Positions 60,801 through 64,000 of a DNA stretch of 64,000 nt are shown piece by piece. Numbering within the stretch: the stretch's first letter is position 1; each line of letters begins with the position of its first letter. The notes beneath the pieces are model-generated. The model did not search any database and was not told the origin of the DNA. It saw only the letters and a list, made by a program, of their open reading frames with translations. This DNA is from Amoebophrya sp. A120. Its lineage: Eukaryota; Protista; Dinoflagellata. Where the stretch lies: positions 5,733,985-5,797,984 of the forward strand of contig CAJINV010000003.1 in NCBI GenBank assembly GCA_905178155.1, in the 5' to 3' direction. A program made the translations under genes and the position numbers.

Positions 60801-62739
60801 TTTGCCCGCTGCGAGGGATCGGGTGCGAAGGCGGGTGTTGGCGGTGCGCCGCAAAAATTTACAGAACAATGACAGGTTGGCTGTGCGCACAAGCACGAAC
60901 CACCTGCCCCAAGACCAAGCACATGCCGCCCTTTTGTCCGCGATGCAACCGGTAAAAACCACTCCAAATGCCGGCAGCAAAATATCAGCAGAAAGCAAAA
61001 AACTGCATTCCGAGTATGTCTCGAACCTCAATAACAAATTGAAGTCGACATTGCGAGCGCGACGTGTTTCGGGTTCTGTTTTTGCGTCACGGCCTCCATC
61101 GCGAGCGGAGCTGCTTTCTTCACCAGACGAAAACTTGACATCCGAGGACGACAGTGATGCACCTTCATCCGAAGTAGAAGCTACTCCTTTGGCAACCGCC
61201 TCTACGCGGACTACGACTCTGCGCGCAAGCATCGCTACCAGCGACCGTTTGTCCTGTGCACCCACGAAATCCTGTAAGCCGGCCTCTGCATCAACAGTGA
61301 AGAAGAACCCAGCAAAAAAAGCAAAAACAGCATCCAAGTGCGTGCTCAAGTGCAAGTCTCAATGCGGTAAAACCTCCAAGAACCATAGTAAAGCCAGCAG
61401 GCCTGCGTCGTCAACTTCGGGAAAGCAAATTGGTTTTGTCGTACCGACCACGAAACCAAGCGGGATAGCAAAGAAGAGAGATTTGCCGCTCGTTCCAATT
61501 TGTATACCTGTAAGCACCCCGGGTGAGGCTCCTAAAGTCCCAAATTTTATGTCATCATCTGTGACTTTTTTTGATTTTTCAAATGAAAATTTACTCAGAT
61601 AACCTCTACTTTTCCTCTTCCGCCCGTGTGTTGTTCTTCCATGATCATGAGCACATTTTTGCCATGAGCGACGTATTTTCTTCCATGATCATGAGCACAT
61701 TTTTGCCATGAGCGTCGTATTTTCCTCCCTCCAAGAGTGATGAGAGTCTGGTGCTCTTTGAGTGAATATGTTTTTCTGCTGTATCCCTTCCTCGGTCTGG
61801 TGCTACTTGTCTATTTTTATTATTTATGATCCACATTTCGATCTTACGTAAGCTTTGCTCGATCCTCCTCGGTACACTCACATTTTCTCATGCTGTTCTC
61901 ATGCCTCGACACTTTTGAGAGATCTCGATATCGATCTTTTATTGCTATTTTGTATCGATCTCTTATGTACCCGGGTCGTTATTTTTTCGCATCTTTATCG
62001 ATCTTTATCGCCTTTGCATGTTCACATCGCATGTTCGTTTTTTCGACTTCGCTATCGTTCTATGAATTAGTTTCGTTCTATTTCGTATTTTTTCGATTTC
62101 GATATCGTTATCGCCCTCGTATCGGATTTCGGTTTTCTTTCTTCTATGTGATGGTTCTACATTTCGTGTCTTTCTTCTTTTCCCATGCACGTTGTTGTTG
62201 TGTTTCCGTAGCAGGTGAACCGGTACCCCTGTCCTCTTCGGAAATCTTTGACACTTCAACAAGCGAGCACTCCCAAATTTTGTTCTCATCCTGGTTGCTT
62301 CAAAGAGCAACGAGACAAAGTTCGGTGAGACGGCAGGGGCAGCAGTGCATTCCTATAATCGGTTTCCCATCTCAACGTCTAACTGGTTTCTGTTTTCGTG
62401 CGAAGGCGGGTGTTGGCGGTGCGCCGCAAAAATTTACAGAACAATGACGAGGGTGGCTACGATAGGATACTGCTCCCCACCGGAGCGCGGACGCGCGTCT
62501 TCACTCGCAAGGAATTCCGAATTAATGGCACCTGCGTGAGCGCTGAATTTCAACCGGGTCCGCGAAACACTGAGGGGACAGAAACCGACAAAGTTGTCAC
62601 AGCGGTGTCGCTGATGCGGCTCGCCGCGAGCGAGCCTGCAAAAGGAACAAACGGTGGCGGCAACCGCGGTGCCGCAGCGGCATCATCCTCGGAGACAGCG
62701 ACTGCCGCCTCGAAGCGCCGAAGGTGGCAGAAGTCGTGA
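57839..62739 (+). CDS. Cryptochrome / DNA photolyase family protein (exons ~57839-57988, 58130-~59689, ~60109-60873, 62449-62739)
   Basis: N-terminal VLYRGHDLRTRDHPPL, SSRLSAAFRHGLLSP, RRLIWRDLAYFQ, GKTGFPLVDAGMRELQRTGWMQQNVRMVCASFL, LVDADLAINAMMWQNAG, DPAGVYVRRWCPEL, YPCPII. GT-AG intron at 57989-58129. The C-terminal assignment is uncertain: an alternative read-through stop lies at 61602. Confidence 0.88.
59694..60107. mobile_element. Degenerate introner-like element (414 bp) in the cryptochrome gene
   Basis: Left end tatcccttgcaaa fits the consensus and the right end is aata. Inner IR tgtcagc / gctgaca and TSD GGGCA/GGAAA. Element plus 5 keeps the frame. GT-AG alternative at 59687-60108. 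Confidence 0.5.
60823..62448 (+). repeat. Perfect 51-bp direct repeat (60823-60873 and 62398-62448), 1575 bp apart
   Basis: gtgcgaaggcgggtgttggcggtgcgccgcaaaaatttacagaacaatgac occurs twice in the same reading frame. Confidence 0.95.
61634..61724. repeat. 44-bp tandem duplication
   Basis: ttcttccatgatcatgagcacatttttgccatgagcg(a/t)cgtatt occurs twice with one mismatch. Confidence 0.9.
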
Positions 62740-63325
62740 CATAAAGGAGCAGTTCCGGAGCGCAAATAAAACTTCCGGAGGACGTGCAGAGAAATATGAT
62801 GCCTCACTTTTGTTTTCTTCGGGTGTGGTAGACGTGCTTACGATGCAGCCTCTGGCTTAAAAAATGCCTACGAACCTCTGTTCAAGAGCCTGATAAATTT
62901 TTAGCGTTGGCGGGCTTGGGTTCTACGCATGTTGAAGTTGATCGATGTTCTCGTATGACAATCTTCGGAGTGTTTCGGAAGGCCGGAAAGAGTGTGGCTC
63001 TGAGTACTTACTTTCTTTCGTCAGGATTTTTCTTTTGATGACTGTCGTGATTGTGAGCGATTAGTTGAGGCCTCAAATCGGACCGTGTTTTTGTGTGTCA
63101 GGCTCGATATGATTAAATTTTTCACTTGCCGTAATTTGAACTACGCCTTCTAATGCAGCAATTTAGCAATTTTTTTTGTTTAGTCCGCTCTACCTTGTGC
63201 TGCACTTGGTCTCGGATTAGAATTACCATTACTTACACATAGATTGTGAACATGTCGGTCACGCTTCGTTCTTGACGCGCTCCTGCTGCACAATACATAG
63301 AGTAGCACTTTCGAAGATTGGACCA

Positions 63326-64000
63326 ATGAAGTGCTCTGAGGCGGTGGGGTTGCAGGGCCTCTGCAGCTGGCCCAAAAAGACGTTCTGGCAAGTAGAAGCG
63401 GTGCCGATGGTGCCCCCATCGCCGGGTCCGCAGACGGTCTTCCCACGGTATCCGAGGTCGAAAGCCGCACGGCTGGCTCACCTTCGCAACCAATCCTTGT
63501 GGGACAGTGGCCGCCAGATTGTGGGCCTTGCGGGTGAAGAAAACCTTGTGGATGTTTCCGCCCCCGGGGCCCCTGCGACGTCGCGTGCAAATAAAGACGC
63601 GGGACGCGGACCGCAAGGCGAGCACGATCGCCGCTCCCCCGCGCGCCCGATTTTGGAGTTACTGAAGTTGCTGTACGGCAAGTATTTTGTCAAGAACCCA
63701 ACGGCCAACCTGGGAAATAAACTGGAGAAGCAGGATGCGGCAAGTGTCTCTTCCTTTGTGGACATCAAGGATTTGTACGAACTTCCGCGCGTGTCCCGGT
63801 TGACGATGAACCGAATCCCGATCGGGCTGGACGCCACGCAAATCGAGGAGCCGAACATCTACACCATCCAGGAGTGCGACCCGCGCGGGCGGATCCCCAC
63901 CGCGGTGCAGGGGAAGTGGTGCATCGCAGACATGGTGGACCAGACGGACGTGAACGGTCCGGAGGGCGATCCCAGCGTGAGCGCCTCCCTGATGATGCGA
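63326..64000 (+). CDS. 5' part of a hypothetical protein running off the window
   Basis: Open frame from ATG 63326 to the window end (MKCSEAVG...ILELLKLLYGKYFVKNP...QGKWCIADMVDQ...) with increasing GC3 bias. Confidence 0.6.
   Translation, partial: MKCSEAVGLQGLCSWPKKTFWQVEAVPMVPPSPGPQTVFPRYPRSKAARLAHLRNQSLWDSGRQIVGLAGEENLVDVSAPGAPATSRANKDAGRGPQGEHDRRSPARPILELLKLLYGKYFVKNPTANLGNKLEKQDAASVSSFVDIKDLYELPRVSRLTMNRIPIGLDATQIEEPNIYTIQECDPRGRIPTAVQGKWCIADMVDQTDVNGPEGDPSVSASLMMR

Noticed and set aside
1-64000. Autonomous transposase, tRNA or rRNA genes
   Set aside because: No DDE, reverse-transcriptase or tyrosine-recombinase motif, cloverleaf or rRNA signature was recognised by eye. tRNAscan, Infernal and HMM searches were not run.

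Overview
This is eukaryotic nuclear DNA, not prokaryotic. About 24 intron-containing or intronless genes are densely packed and all lie on the + strand. That layout, a dinoflagellate-type conserved protein and non-canonical introns together suggest a Syndiniales/Amoebophrya-like dinoflagellate (inference). Recognisable genes are an MFS transporter 3' exon, a GT47 exostosin, YKT6, a ParA/MinD-type ATPase, WDR3/UTP12, PheRS beta, WDR55, OsmC, a PQ-loop protein, an IQ-motif protein, an SFM1-like SPOUT methyltransferase, DIM1, a mitochondrial carrier, an AMT ammonium transporter and a cryptochrome/photolyase. The main discovery is a set of at least 11 clear and about 6 degenerate 155-414 bp transposon-like elements, all inserted in coding exons. 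They have TAT...ATA terminal inverted repeats, 5-bp target-site duplications (TSDs) and a shared internal GCATNACA motif. The reading frames are restored by removing the element plus one TSD, mostly without GT-AG ends, so they behave as introner-type non-canonical introns. Members of the same family sit in both orientations. A separate 1575-bp segment bounded by a perfect 51-bp direct repeat splits the cryptochrome C-terminus. Gene models were spliced by eye and none is confirmed by transcripts.
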